From: a virus
Lineage: Duplodnaviria > Heunggongvirae > Uroviricota > Caudoviricetes
Strand: one strand, 5' to 3'
IMG/VR virus record: IMGVR_UViG_3300011008_000003
DNA: 64,000 nucleotides
Shown: positions 6,258 to 16,362 of the stretch, one piece after another
Layout: every line of letters begins with the position of its first letter
How positions within the stretch are numbered: position 1 is the stretch's first letter
Translations under genes and position numbers: made by a program
The notes under the pieces: generated by a model
What the model saw: the letters and a program-made list of their open reading frames with translations, nothing else
Told to the model about the DNA's origin: nothing
Database searches by the model: none

Positions 6258-6695
6258 CTAGTGATTGTCGTTGTCGATGATAATCTTTGTTTCTGGACAG
6301 AATACGAACTTGAAAAGTGCTTCAGGATTATCGATGAAGCCAGCAAGCAAGCGACAATTAGAATCGACACTCTGATGGTCGATATAACCGACCATATTTT
6401 CTACCGATTCCGGAATTTCAAGAGTGATTTGCTTGGTAGCGAAATAATCGATAACTGCCTGACGCTTTTCAGGTTCATAATCCATACCTGTGTCCTTGAT
6501 AGCTACGAGCCAGTAGTCAAGCAAAGAATACGGAGTGTCCAAAACATCGTAACCCCATCCATATTCACCTTCACCACGGGCGGCAAGAGTCTGCGGGGCA
6601 GGATTGAGGTTTTCACATGCGCTAGCGCAAGGGAAGCAGATTGTATGTTCAGAAGAACTGTTTGTTTCAAAAACGTTAGGTCTAATTGTCTTCAT
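6258..6695 (-). CDS. Conserved-looking phage protein with N-terminal FETNSSS motif
   Basis: MKTIRPNVFETNSSSEH; AAGGA RBS; adjacent to radical SAM gene. Confidence 0.7.
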   Translation of the reverse strand: MKTIRPNVFETNSSSEHTICFPCASACENLNPAPQTLAARGEGEYGWGYDVLDTPYSLLDYWLVAIKDTGMDYEPEKRQAVIDYFATKQITLEIPESVENMVGYIDHQSVDSNCRLLAGFIDNPEALFKFVFCPETKIIIDNDNH

Positions 6696-6745
6696 GATTA
6701 TTTCCTTTTTGTGAAATATAGTAAATCGGGATGTACTTGTAAACC

Positions 6746-7783
6746 CTACCAACCCTTGATAGATAACTTAAACAAGTCCCTAATATTTTCTGTTCCGTCG
6801 AAGCTATGCCTCATATCGAGCGGAGCCGTACTCATTCGGCAAACCTTCATAGTTGGAACGTCGATAAACATAGTACAGCATGTAATATTGTACATATCAT
6901 CCTTAACCTTCGTATCAGAGCCTTGATACAGAGTATTCCATGTACTATCGTTTACGCCCATAAGAGATTGAGGCTTGACCTGTTCAATTCCTAAATCGTC
7001 AAATGAAATAGTATTGAATTCAAATGCAAGAATAGGCAAAGACTTCTTGAGCCATTCGATATTCTTGTTTATCGACATAAATTCTTTCTGTAGATGGTCA
7101 TGACCGCGACGAAGATTCTTATATCCAAGGACGATAATCTTCCTATTACGGACAAACGGAATATCGGCTTCGTTGAACAGTCCGGCAATCACATGAATAA
7201 TTACATTCGAACCGAGCATATCGATAATTTTCATATCGTCCGTATTCGAAGAATCTGTCATGGAAACGCCGATACCGTTGACTAGTTTTTCATTTACCAG
7301 TTTCAGTAACAAATCCTTATTCCTGGCAAGATGTTTCTGGTTTACGGTAATATTGGAAATAACGCCCTGCTTTTTCAGAAGTTCAAGGAACCAAACCAAA
7401 TCAGGATGTTCAAAGATATTCCCGCCGCCGATTGCGACTTCAGTACCAGGCTGCAAAGTCTTAATCATCGGTTCAATCTGTCGAAGATTTCCATTCACGC
7501 CTTTTACGGTAGAATTCTCGTGGCAATAGATACAGCCACCGTCACAGCGGTCGGTAATCTTTATGTCGAAATTCTCAGGAAATTCATAAGTCAGATGGTC
7601 TGTTTCTACATCAACCCAACGATTTACACGTTTGCTGTCTGGACCTATTTCATTGATATAATATCCGGTTTCCTTAACTTTCGTACCGTCCGCATAAAGG
7701 ATCGTACGGTGATTGCCATTTACATAACTTCCGACAATTTCTTTATTGTCTGTAAAAATTTTTATCGCTTCGTCTTGTTTCAT
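6746..7783 (-). CDS. Radical SAM protein
   Basis: CDGGCIYC (CxxxCxxC), AIGGGN...HP motif. Confidence 0.9.
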   Translation of the reverse strand: MKQDEAIKIFTDNKEIVGSYVNGNHRTILYADGTKVKETGYYINEIGPDSKRVNRWVDVETDHLTYEFPENFDIKITDRCDGGCIYCHENSTVKGVNGNLRQIEPMIKTLQPGTEVAIGGGNIFEHPDLVWFLELLKKQGVISNITVNQKHLARNKDLLLKLVNEKLVNGIGVSMTDSSNTDDMKIIDMLGSNVIIHVIAGLFNEADIPFVRNRKIIVLGYKNLRRGHDHLQKEFMSINKNIEWLKKSLPILAFEFNTISFDDLGIEQVKPQSLMGVNDSTWNTLYQGSDTKVKDDMYNITCCTMFIDVPTMKVCRMSTAPLDMRHSFDGTENIRDLFKLSIKGW

Positions 7784-7790
7784 CTTCGTT

Positions 7791-8141
7791 TTAAGGTAAT
7801 TTTTCAATACTCATTAGAGTTTTTGTATTTTCAAGCCACATTTTTACTTTTGACGGGACTTCATTAAAAAGAATATCTTTCATATAACATACTACTGCGC
7901 CGTTGATTTTAAGATAAACCTTATCGGCCGCTTCAGTATGTGCATAAAAGAACCATGAGTGTTCATCATAAGAACCTAAATATCGAGTACCGTATACTCG
8001 TATTGCTTGTCTAAAACAGCTACTGTCAACCCATGGTGTAAATATTTCATTAATTACATCAAGATTAATGTAACATATTATCTGTTCTTTTTTGCTACAA
8101 TCATCTATGAACCCGACATAAACATTTTTGTCTACTGTCAT
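7791..8141 (-). CDS. Hypothetical protein
   Basis: ORF with ATGA overlap. Confidence 0.6.
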   Translation of the reverse strand: MTVDKNVYVGFIDDCSKKEQIICYINLDVINEIFTPWVDSSCFRQAIRVYGTRYLGSYDEHSWFFYAHTEAADKVYLKINGAVVCYMKDILFNEVPSKVKMWLENTKTLMSIEKLP

Positions 8142-8470
8142 TTAAATAATTCCGGATGATTATCTTTCAGCTGTTCATACTGGTTCATATTCTTTACGTA
8201 TATCTTAGAGAAGTTGTTAAGGAACCAGGCACGCTTTTCAAGTTCGTCCTTGATGGAATCATTCTGTTCGATAGAACTGGACGGAATCATGGTAAAGGAC
8301 TTTTCAAAATAATCCGGATGAACCTTCATTACTGTGTCGAGCTTCATGTAAAGCTCGTCATAATGGGTCTTCAATGTATTGATACGGTTGTTAATAGTTT
8401 CAAGGTCTGCGGCACGGCGTGCCATTGCTTCGTTTAAATTATCCATTTGTTTCTCCATCGAGATTGTCAA
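8138..8470 (-). CDS. Hypothetical coiled-coil protein
   Basis: Heptad-like N-terminus. Confidence 0.6.
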   Translation of the reverse strand: MTISMEKQMDNLNEAMARRAADLETINNRINTLKTHYDELYMKLDTVMKVHPDYFEKSFTMIPSSSIEQNDSIKDELEKRAWFLNNFSKIYVKNMNQYEQLKDNHPELFK

Positions 8471-9672
8471 TTACTTTTTCCAAATATTTGTTATGTGCTT
8501 TCGTACATAGGTCAAACGGCGACATTTTCATCAGCTGTTCCTTATAGCGGTGAACCTGCCAAGGAAACTTAAATGCTGGGCTATCCTCTATATAGATAGA
8601 ATTCCTGTCATACAGAATTTCTACCTTGATATAGTATCTAAAGAAATGCCAAAAGCCTTTAACCTCATGTATCTTAATAAAGATAGTAAAGTTTTCAGGA
8701 ATATTGTTGTAAAAATATTTTTGTAAATCAAATGTATCGTCACAGATAGCAGTCTTTGTTTTTCCTTGAATAATCTTAATCATAAGGAAAACAAAAAATG
8801 CAATTAATACTGCTTCGACATCATCGAAAAATCCAGCATCAATCAGGTCTAATACCGTCGAGGTCATTTATGACTCCTTCCATATAAACGTTATATGCTT
8901 GTATCGTAAGTTTCTTAAAATCGATATTCATAATTTTCTTCTTAACTCGCTTGATAGACAGAAAACTATTTAAAGGTTCTTCGAAATTAAATACTGGAGC
9001 ACCGCTATAATAAACATTGATTAAAAAAACGGGCGTAGTTTCATCATCGTTGAGTCTTGTATCGAAACATATTCCAAGCTCTTCAGGAATTTGACGGGCG
9101 GTTTTTAACCGCAGATACCATCTCGTAAGTTCATCCCATAAGACAAGAGTACGTTCCTTAACACGTATACGGGACAAACGAAACAAGGATGAACCTAATA
9201 GATAAAAACTGACACCCAACCCGACTAATGTTATTAAATCTTCTAAAAATCCATCGTACATAGTTTAGCCCTCGATAGAATTGAACGTAGATTCAATATA
9301 ATCGTTATATGCGTCGACACAGAGCTGCTTTATGTCGGAATTTAAAACCTTTTCCTTGAACTTCTTTGCCTTAAATCCGAAAATAAAGCTGATATCCTTT
9401 CCGAACGGATAATATACCCATTTACCGTCACCGTAATCATATGTTACAGTAATATTGATACTGTAGCTCGGTTTTAAAACTTTGGGACGCCAGTCATAGT
9501 CTACGTCAAGCCTGTAGCAGTTAGGTAAAGACCGAAAATGATCCGCAGCCCAGACTCTGAGCTTATTGCAGATACTGTTTACTTCAGCGTCGGTATGTTC
9601 AATATACATAGCAATAAGACCGGTAGAATTGACGATAGCGCTTACAACACACAAAATATCTTTAACTTCCAT
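8439..9672 (-). CDS. Three tandem paralogous N-anchored membrane proteins (8439-8867, 8839-9261, 9265-9672)
   Basis: N-terminal TM segment; shared C-termini KAHNKYLEKVIDNLDG / QAYNVYMEGVINDLDG / DAYNDYIESTFNSIEG. Confidence 0.65.
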
Positions 9673-10042
9673 TATAGATTACTCCTTGTGGTCTTCTGCG
9701 TATTCGTCAGCCGTATTGTAATGCTTCCAGTAAGTGATATGATGTTTACCGGACCATGTACCTTCGCAAATAAGGTTATCCTTGATTTTTCCGAGAATCT
9801 TTTCCTTATTTTCCTTTTCGTCAAGTACGATATGTGCGATGTCCCAGCGGGGGAACAAGAGCCAGTCTCGCCAAGAAAGTTCCTTATGTTCGGATTCTTT
9901 CTTCTTTACCGGTTCGGTCACATCAGACGTGTGTTTAAGTTCTACTTCCGTAATTTTCATATTATTCCTTGGTTATAGACATAATATAATAAAAACCAGG
10001 CATTTTGTCAATGCCTGGTTCATGGTTTTATTTAATGAAATA

Positions 10043-10483
10043 TTATTCGATTGTGAATATCTTCGGCTTAGCAGTTTCTGCGACCGGGATAGTGATTCGC
10101 AACAGACCGTTTTCGACATGAGGCTTCAAGTTGTCAATATCCAGATTGCTCGGAACTCGGAGGCTGCAATGCTTTGTGGTCTTGATGAGCTTTTCGAAGA
10201 CCTTGCGCTTGTCGGCGGCAGCCTTTTCTTCTTCTGTAAGTTCCTTTTCCTTGACGTCGATAACGAGATAATTTACACCGTCCTTGACTTCCGCGGAGAC
10301 TGTTACATCTTCCTTGGTCTTGCCCGGGATTGCAAGCTCGACAATGTTCGTTCCGTCTTCTTCTTCGTAAAGGTTAATCGGCAAGGAAACCTTGCGAGTA
10401 GCCACTTCTGCATCCTGTACGAAGCCCTGGCGTTGGATGAACGGGTAAAAGAGTGCGTCGATAATATTATACATGTTTTCCAT
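10043..10483 (-). CDS. Small heat-shock protein (Hsp20/alpha-crystallin)
   Basis: PINLYE, LAIPGKTKEDV, VENGLLRITIP motifs. Confidence 0.9.
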   Translation of the reverse strand: MENMYNIIDALFYPFIQRQGFVQDAEVATRKVSLPINLYEEEDGTNIVELAIPGKTKEDVTVSAEVKDGVNYLVIDVKEKELTEEEKAAADKRKVFEKLIKTTKHCSLRVPSNLDIDNLKPHVENGLLRITIPVAETAKPKIFTIE

Positions 10484-10607
10484 GATTTTATTCCTTTAGA
10501 GACCTTACGTGTCTCTTTTCGTCGCTATTGAACAATCCTCGGTCCGAATTCGTAACCGATTCTCCGACGGCAGCGACAAATCCGTCAAACCTTGTCCGTA
10601 TTTGCTA

Positions 10608-10615
10608 TATTTATA
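10608..10615 (-). promoter_or_regulatory. T4-like late promoter motif TATAAATA (also 12989-12996 minus, 32673-32680 plus)
   Basis: Exact octamer upstream of gene starts in intergenic DNA. Confidence 0.5.
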
Positions 10616-10668
10616 AACTGGACTGGACAATTTTCGTAAATATAGCAATTTTCACGGAACTGTCAACC

Positions 10669-11250
10669 CTACTTGCTCGGTTCTTGCATTACGGCGCCGG
10701 TATGGACGTTAATATCCCAATACTGCATGGCGTTACGGAACCATTCGACCTGTTCCAGGGAAATCGGCGCGTAACGGTGATAATCGATACCCAAATCGAA
10801 ACCGTTAGTCTTAGCGAAAGCACGACCATGGATATGACCGAACAAAGTGATATACTTACCGGCTCCGAACTTCTTGTCAGCGTCCTTGACATACGGCGTA
10901 ATCGGCTCATGGACACAGAGATAGTTCAGCTTGTTTTCAGTGAACGTGTAGAAATCTACAAATTCGACATTTTCCAAGCCCTTGGCAAGTTTCTTGTACT
11001 TGTCGTAATCCCTACGTTCATAATTACCGCATACCCAGATGAGTTTCTTGAAATTCAAGTTATTGATAATATCCTTGCACTTCTCGAGCTCACCGAAGTC
11101 ACCGCAATGAACGACAGTATCTTGCATCGTGACGTTCTTGTTCCAGTTAGAAATCATTTCCAAATCCATCTCGTCGACATTAACGAACGGGCGACGGGAA
11201 TAATTCAGAGTACGTTCCTGACTGAAATGGGTATCGGAAGTGAAATACAT
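10669..11250 (-). CDS. Calcineurin-like metallophosphoesterase (C-terminal half of interrupted fusion)
   Basis: SDTH, GD, GNYE, GHIH motifs. Confidence 0.85.
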   Translation of the reverse strand: MYFTSDTHFSQERTLNYSRRPFVNVDEMDLEMISNWNKNVTMQDTVVHCGDFGELEKCKDIINNLNFKKLIWVCGNYERRDYDKYKKLAKGLENVEFVDFYTFTENKLNYLCVHEPITPYVKDADKKFGAGKYITLFGHIHGRAFAKTNGFDLGIDYHRYAPISLEQVEWFRNAMQYWDINVHTGAVMQEPSK

Positions 11251-11373
11251 CGTACCCTTACGGTTGAGGGCGTCGACTGCATTCTTTAAAGTCTTATAAA
11301 GGGTAGATTCGTATTTCTTATCGTTTTCCTTAAGACGGACAGCGATGTATTCGTTATGTTCTGCGTCCTTAGG

Positions 11374-11811
11374 TCATCCGAAGAAAGTATTTGGTTTCTT
11401 GAACCATTCGCCGAATTCGATATTTGTAGTACGTGCCGGATGTTCCTTGCTTCTCGGAATCCAGAAAACGATGGCGCTCGCCGTAGACATTGCTGTATGT
11501 TCCCACCATGTCTGTTGGGCTAAAGCGTCCGTGCCGACGATTTTTTGATAGTTGGCATTTGTAGGAGTAAGGACAGTGCCTTTGAAACCTATCTTTTCCA
11601 ATAAGTCATAAGCTTCAAATCTCCAGTCCTCTTCATAGTTCTTTCTTGGACATGGACCGGCTAGGAAGATAGAATTCTTGCAGTTCTTTATTTCATTGAA
11701 CTTTCCTTTTGTATTACACGGTGTCAGAATCTTGAAACCGTAGTCTGTTTTCTTTTCATTGAGTACGAAACTTGGTACTCTCTTGTCTAAGTATGCTTTT
11801 ATTTTTTCCAT
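11374..11811 (-). CDS. Nucleoside 2-deoxyribosyltransferase-like domain; ends at an in-frame TGA
   Basis: SIFLAGP, QTWWE, IVFWIPR, TTNIEFG; frame continues 41 sense codons into ORF 10669-11250. Confidence 0.75.
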   Translation of the reverse strand: MEKIKAYLDKRVPSFVLNEKKTDYGFKILTPCNTKGKFNEIKNCKNSIFLAGPCPRKNYEEDWRFEAYDLLEKIGFKGTVLTPTNANYQKIVGTDALAQQTWWEHTAMSTASAIVFWIPRSKEHPARTTNIEFGEWFKKPNTFFG

Positions 11812-11860
11812 ATGTTTATCTCTTTAATAAAAAGTCATAGTATTTATTATTCTCATCTTT

Positions 11861-12190
11861 TGGACAATGCGAGCGGACAGGTTAAGCCTAGTAGGTAATA
11901 CTAGACTTTCTTATTCACACTTTTGGCATAAAGCTTCGCGTGTCAGTCAGAAGGACTTATAGGTATGCTTACGGGTCGGTCATCCTGTACTCCGGCTATA
12001 TCATACCAGGCCATGGCGGCTAAGTGTACGGTTTGCTAGACCGTACTTCGATAATCGGTTCGTCACCCGATACGAAACCTTACATACCGAGTCAGTGATA
12101 TACCTCGATTCTGGGTATATGACGGCTCACCCTCTACCGATAGTTCCATTGGGTTGGTCTTCGTTCCGAGGAATAAGTCTTTACGATGTC
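11861..12190 (-). ncRNA. ~330-nt structured ncRNA candidate
   Basis: GC-richer ORF-free intergenic region with own -10 (TACTATATT near 12200), end-to-end helix CTTATTC/GAATAAG and several hairpins. Confidence 0.55.
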
Positions 12191-12211
12191 GAATCAAATA
12201 TAGTAAAAAAT

Positions 12212-12237
12212 AAAACGCTAATGAAAATTAGCGTTTT
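12212..12237 (-). terminator. Intrinsic terminator
   Basis: AAAACGCTAAT/ATTAGCGTTTT hairpin with T-tract. Confidence 0.7.
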
Positions 12238-12248
12238 TATCTGGATTT

Positions 12249-12971
12249 TTATTTGTACCAGTCGTCAGACGGAGGCTCTTCTCCGATTGACCATCCTAGC
12301 ACGTCTTCCCATTCCTCATAAGAATCAGGGACGAAATAGATTGCCTCATCGCCGACGTCTTCCTTGAGTTTATCAAGAACCTTTTTGTATGCGGCTCTAG
12401 GACCATAGCTACGGGCATAGTCAAAATCATATCCTTTAAACATTTTTTTCAGATATACGAAGTCATAATCTTCTGTTACCGGCTCGATATTTTCAAGAAT
12501 CTTTTTCGCTGATTCGAAATCCATCTTACATTTTGTTCTTTCTTCGAGTTCGGTACCTTCCTTTTTCGCTATCATACGGTCGAGAATATCGGAAAGCTGT
12601 TCGAAAACTTCAGACCAGTCTTTGAAATACGGAATGGTATTTACTACGGCGTCTTTATGGTTTAAACGCTTTTGCCAAACGGATCCTCCCAAAGGCAGGA
12701 AAATATTATCGTCTATGATGATAGTTTTTAAATCTATTTTAGAGACATCGCCCGCTCTTTTGTCATTATATACAGGCATAATATCAATTCGCCACCAATT
12801 AATACCGTCTTTCGTTTTCGTAGGTATAACCAAGTCGTAATATTTTTCCGAACCTGATGCTATAGTAGTACCGAAATATGTATAATTCCTAATTAACTGA
12901 ACGTTATCTGCCGCTTTTCTTGCAGATAAATATTCATCATCTAGCCAACGCAGTGGATTAAAATTTTCCAT
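12249..12971 (-). CDS. Hypothetical protein
   Basis: GAGG RBS, TATAAATA upstream. Confidence 0.75.
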   Translation of the reverse strand: MENFNPLRWLDDEYLSARKAADNVQLIRNYTYFGTTIASGSEKYYDLVIPTKTKDGINWWRIDIMPVYNDKRAGDVSKIDLKTIIIDDNIFLPLGGSVWQKRLNHKDAVVNTIPYFKDWSEVFEQLSDILDRMIAKKEGTELEERTKCKMDFESAKKILENIEPVTEDYDFVYLKKMFKGYDFDYARSYGPRAAYKKVLDKLKEDVGDEAIYFVPDSYEEWEDVLGWSIGEEPPSDDWYK

Positions 12972-13046
12972 AGTTTCCTCTTTTTTATTATTTATAAGAA
13001 AACCCGGCTTTTACACCGGGTTTAAGATACTATGAATCAGAAAATC

Positions 13047-14027
13047 CTACGGAACGTAAAGAATTGTCGGATTGTCCGGATGGATGTCGAAACATTTCAT
13101 CCAGAATTCGTTTTCCAAGCAATACTTTCTCCATTCCTTTTCGAGAGCGTCGAAACAGACGATATTGGCATGAACGATATTCTTGTTCTTGTCAATCTTG
13201 TCCACCTTGACGTTTTCTGCAAATTTCTTACAGATTTCGGCGAAATCCTTAGTCTTTTTAAGATACTTGCCAGTCATGCTGAAATGAAGCATTTCCGGTT
13301 CGAACTTAACCTGAGGAAGCGGTGCCGTAATCAGGTTCTTCTTCGTATATTCTTCCCAAAGCGATTTAAAAACAGCCTTGTTGAACGGCTTGCAATGGAT
13401 ATGCTTACCGGACTTGGAAGGAAGAGTAAAGAATGAACGAGCAAGATAAGCCTCTTTAGCATCTTTGTCAGAAAGAGTCAGAATCGGTGCAGGATTCTTC
13501 CAGTTCTTGAGATTCGACTTATGAGGTTCACACTGTAAAACCATGTCGATAATATCATTCTCAAAAGGAAGATATTCAGCATCGAGGTCTAAAAGCCATA
13601 CCTTTTTCTTGCGTGCCTGGCATACACCGCCGTTCGCAGAGGCGACGAGGTGATACGGCGAGCTGTAGGTACCTCCAGACTCCACCTGGGTCGCAATATC
13701 CTTTAACATGCGTAAAGATATGTTCTTGTAATTACGCTTGTTAAGACGCACGTATGCGCGAACATTGAAGACGTCGCAAAGCGTGGTGATTTCATGCTTA
13801 AGTTCTCTAAGCTTATCCGATGAATGAATAAGATAGTCCTTGAGAGAACGGCTGTGCATGTTGCCGTGATATGCCGGATCCGGAACACCGTCGGTCATAG
13901 GGTCGTCAGACTGGCGGCGAAGTAACTGGATATACCAAACGTCGCCGTCGTTACGAGTTCCGTCAAGATTATCGTCAAGTCGTTGTTTATCGAGCCATTC
14001 ACAGATTAAATCAAAATTGTCTACCAT
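13047..14027 (-). CDS. Possible primase-polymerase (AEP)-like protein
   Basis: hhhDhD (WLLDLD) and SxxGxH (SKSGKH) motifs. Confidence 0.45.
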   Translation of the reverse strand: MVDNFDLICEWLDKQRLDDNLDGTRNDGDVWYIQLLRRQSDDPMTDGVPDPAYHGNMHSRSLKDYLIHSSDKLRELKHEITTLCDVFNVRAYVRLNKRNYKNISLRMLKDIATQVESGGTYSSPYHLVASANGGVCQARKKKVWLLDLDAEYLPFENDIIDMVLQCEPHKSNLKNWKNPAPILTLSDKDAKEAYLARSFFTLPSKSGKHIHCKPFNKAVFKSLWEEYTKKNLITAPLPQVKFEPEMLHFSMTGKYLKKTKDFAEICKKFAENVKVDKIDKNKNIVHANIVCFDALEKEWRKYCLENEFWMKCFDIHPDNPTILYVP

Positions 14028-14242
14028 TTTTACTCCTTAATCAAAATCATGTTTATTGAATATGGCAGTAGATAAAAATATAGATGGAATAAAAATATGT
14101 GCCAAAATTATAATAATACCTAGAGCGGCATCACTGAAAGAATTTCTGTCCAATGTATCTAAAAACGGAATTGTCACGTAATTCAAAATTACAAATGATA
14201 TTACAAAGAGAAGAATTGCAACAATTTTAATAAGCGATTTCA

Positions 14243-14692
14243 TTATTTAATCCTCCATAAAGTGTCTGGTGCCATGATTTTATCGATACCTTCTTGAAGT
14301 TTCAGTTCAGTCTTTTTAAGTCGGCATGCTTCGTCATGGAACGCATTATAAATTTCTTTCAGTTCACTTTTAATTAATCGGTCAAGTTTTTCCCAGATTT
14401 TGTCATATTGCTTTGCTGTCGTATGGTATAGGTCAATATGAGCTTTGTTTCCGGTTTTCGTATAATAGTTAAATGCATAAAAACCGCTACAGATATAATC
14501 GAAACTACCAAAGCAGATACGACGGTCAATATCGGTATAATATCTGTCAGATATAAAATTTTCCATATCGACATCACGTAAGACGAGATTATCGTTTTTC
14601 GTCAAGAAAAGCATTGGATAATCAGATTCAATAAAATCTTTGAATTCTTTTCGACTGATAGCCTGAGCTTTGGCTGGAATGTCGTAATTCAT
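14243..14692 (-). CDS. Hypothetical protein
   Basis: AAGGAG RBS and promoter upstream. Confidence 0.7.
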   Translation of the reverse strand: MNYDIPAKAQAISRKEFKDFIESDYPMLFLTKNDNLVLRDVDMENFISDRYYTDIDRRICFGSFDYICSGFYAFNYYTKTGNKAHIDLYHTTAKQYDKIWEKLDRLIKSELKEIYNAFHDEACRLKKTELKLQEGIDKIMAPDTLWRIK

Positions 14693-14812
14693 GGTTTACT
14701 CCTTAATTTTTTACTAATATAGCAAATCATAATTGTCTTGTAAACCCGTTTGTATAATAAAAAACGGGAACCGTTGCCGGCTCCCGTTTCCACTCAACCT
14801 AAGGAAACAAAC

Positions 14813-15478
14813 TTAGTGGTTGCTGAGGTATTCGTTAATGACATCCTGGAATTCGGTATCGATAACGGCGGTGCTGACAGCTGCTGCCGGCTTAGAACGA
14901 CCAACGAGTTCTGCAACTTCACGCTTGGATTCCATACGGAACTGAGTCGTCTGGACTTCCTTTTCGATTTCAGCGATCATTTCGTTGCAATCAACGCCGA
15001 AGTCGCCGATAACGTTGCGGTCGCACATCTTGAGAGTATTAATCTGAACGTTGAGAGCAGTAAGCTTGGCTTCGATGAGAGCCTTGTTCGTATCGATGTT
15101 CTTGAGAGTGTCGCGAACCTTAATGCATTGCTGTTCGGTGTTCTTCCAAGCAGTTTCAATGGTGTCACGAGCAGTCTTCATGCCCTTGTACGTGATGTAC
15201 TTGATCTTTGCTTCGTCGAGCTTAGCAGAATCGGTCTTGCTAGCTTCGATGAGAGATTCATAAGAACGCTTGTTAGCAACGGTCTGAGCGTCAAGTTCTT
15301 CGAACTTAGCCTTAAGTTCCTTTGCATTCGTGAGCATGTCTTCTGCAGACTTGATGTAACGTTCTGCATTCTTGTTGTACTGGTAACGGATTTCTTCAAT
15401 CTTATCCTTCGTAGAGATAAGAGAGTTGAGGCCGCGCTGAGACTTGTGGAAGAGAACGGAGAAGAAGTTGAACTTCAT
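14813..15478 (-). CDS. PspA/IM30-like coiled-coil protein
   Basis: 221 aa, nearly all-helical heptads, strongly biased codons. Confidence 0.5.
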   Translation of the reverse strand: MKFNFFSVLFHKSQRGLNSLISTKDKIEEIRYQYNKNAERYIKSAEDMLTNAKELKAKFEELDAQTVANKRSYESLIEASKTDSAKLDEAKIKYITYKGMKTARDTIETAWKNTEQQCIKVRDTLKNIDTNKALIEAKLTALNVQINTLKMCDRNVIGDFGVDCNEMIAEIEKEVQTTQFRMESKREVAELVGRSKPAAAVSTAVIDTEFQDVINEYLSNH

Positions 15479-15799
15479 AATGATTTTTCCTTTTGTTAAA
15501 AGAGTGAGGTTTGTTTTGTTTATGCCTATAATATAGTAATAAGTATAAGACTTGTAAACCCCTTTTTATAAAAAATTTTTTTATTCACCAAGAAGAATGA
15601 TTCCGCCTTCTTTATTCTGAAAACTTACGACTGTTCCGCCGCGATGGTTCAGAATAGAGAAGCTTGTGATACCTTCAGCCTTCAAAAGTTCGGAAATGAC
15701 CGCATTATACTTCATCGGCTGTTCTTGTTCAGATTCCATCTTGATAAGAGTGGAAATAAGAGAATTGAGTTTCTTTTCATCCATAATGTACTCCTTTTA

Positions 15800-16360
15800 T
15801 TAATATCTACCTTTAGTAAGCTTTAACTGTGATAAATTGATACTTTCTCGTAATTCTTTTAAGTCTTTAGTTTTAGCTGAAAGAATTTCCAAATCTTCAA
15901 GCATTTTATCTTTAATATATGCCTGTAGATTCTTATGAGTGACATACGTTTCTCGCCAGTCTTTAAAAGGCTTCGTATCTACACCAGGGTCGATACAGTC
16001 ATACATATATCCGACTTGACGGGTAACAGTATATTGGTTATAATTTTCGTAGTTTTCTTCAAAAATCATTAACGGATTCTTATAGTCAAAATGCTTTCCG
16101 CATTCACGAGGTGCTTGAACCGTCGGATCCATGATAGCAATACCTTGACCGTAAATACGTTCGTCACATCTATGTATTTGTGTATCATAATCCAAGCCTA
16201 AATCAAGATATTCTTTCCAGGATTCGCTTACTTCATCTTCATAATAAGGTTCATCAGGTTCAGATATTTTAATATATACCTGAAACCTGGTACCTTTCAG
16301 AGCTTCTTTAACGTTCTTAGCCGTTGTAAGAATAAGTTCGTTTTCTTTCAGATAGGACAT
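15800..16360 (-). CDS. Hypothetical protein
   Basis: ORF in co-oriented run. Confidence 0.65.
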   Translation of the reverse strand: MSYLKENELILTTAKNVKEALKGTRFQVYIKISEPDEPYYEDEVSESWKEYLDLGLDYDTQIHRCDERIYGQGIAIMDPTVQAPRECGKHFDYKNPLMIFEENYENYNQYTVTRQVGYMYDCIDPGVDTKPFKDWRETYVTHKNLQAYIKDKMLEDLEILSAKTKDLKELRESINLSQLKLTKGRY

Positions 16361-16362
16361 AA

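Noticed and set aside
11374-11376. Genome-wide stop-codon reassignment (UGA or UAG)
   Set aside because: Many genes end in TGA with ATGA overlaps and others in TAG; coding density is high under the standard code and no suppressor tRNA was seen.
11861-12190. RNase P RNA or tmRNA
   Set aside because: No GAGGAAAGUCC-type P4 signature and no tRNA-Ala-like ends with T arm.
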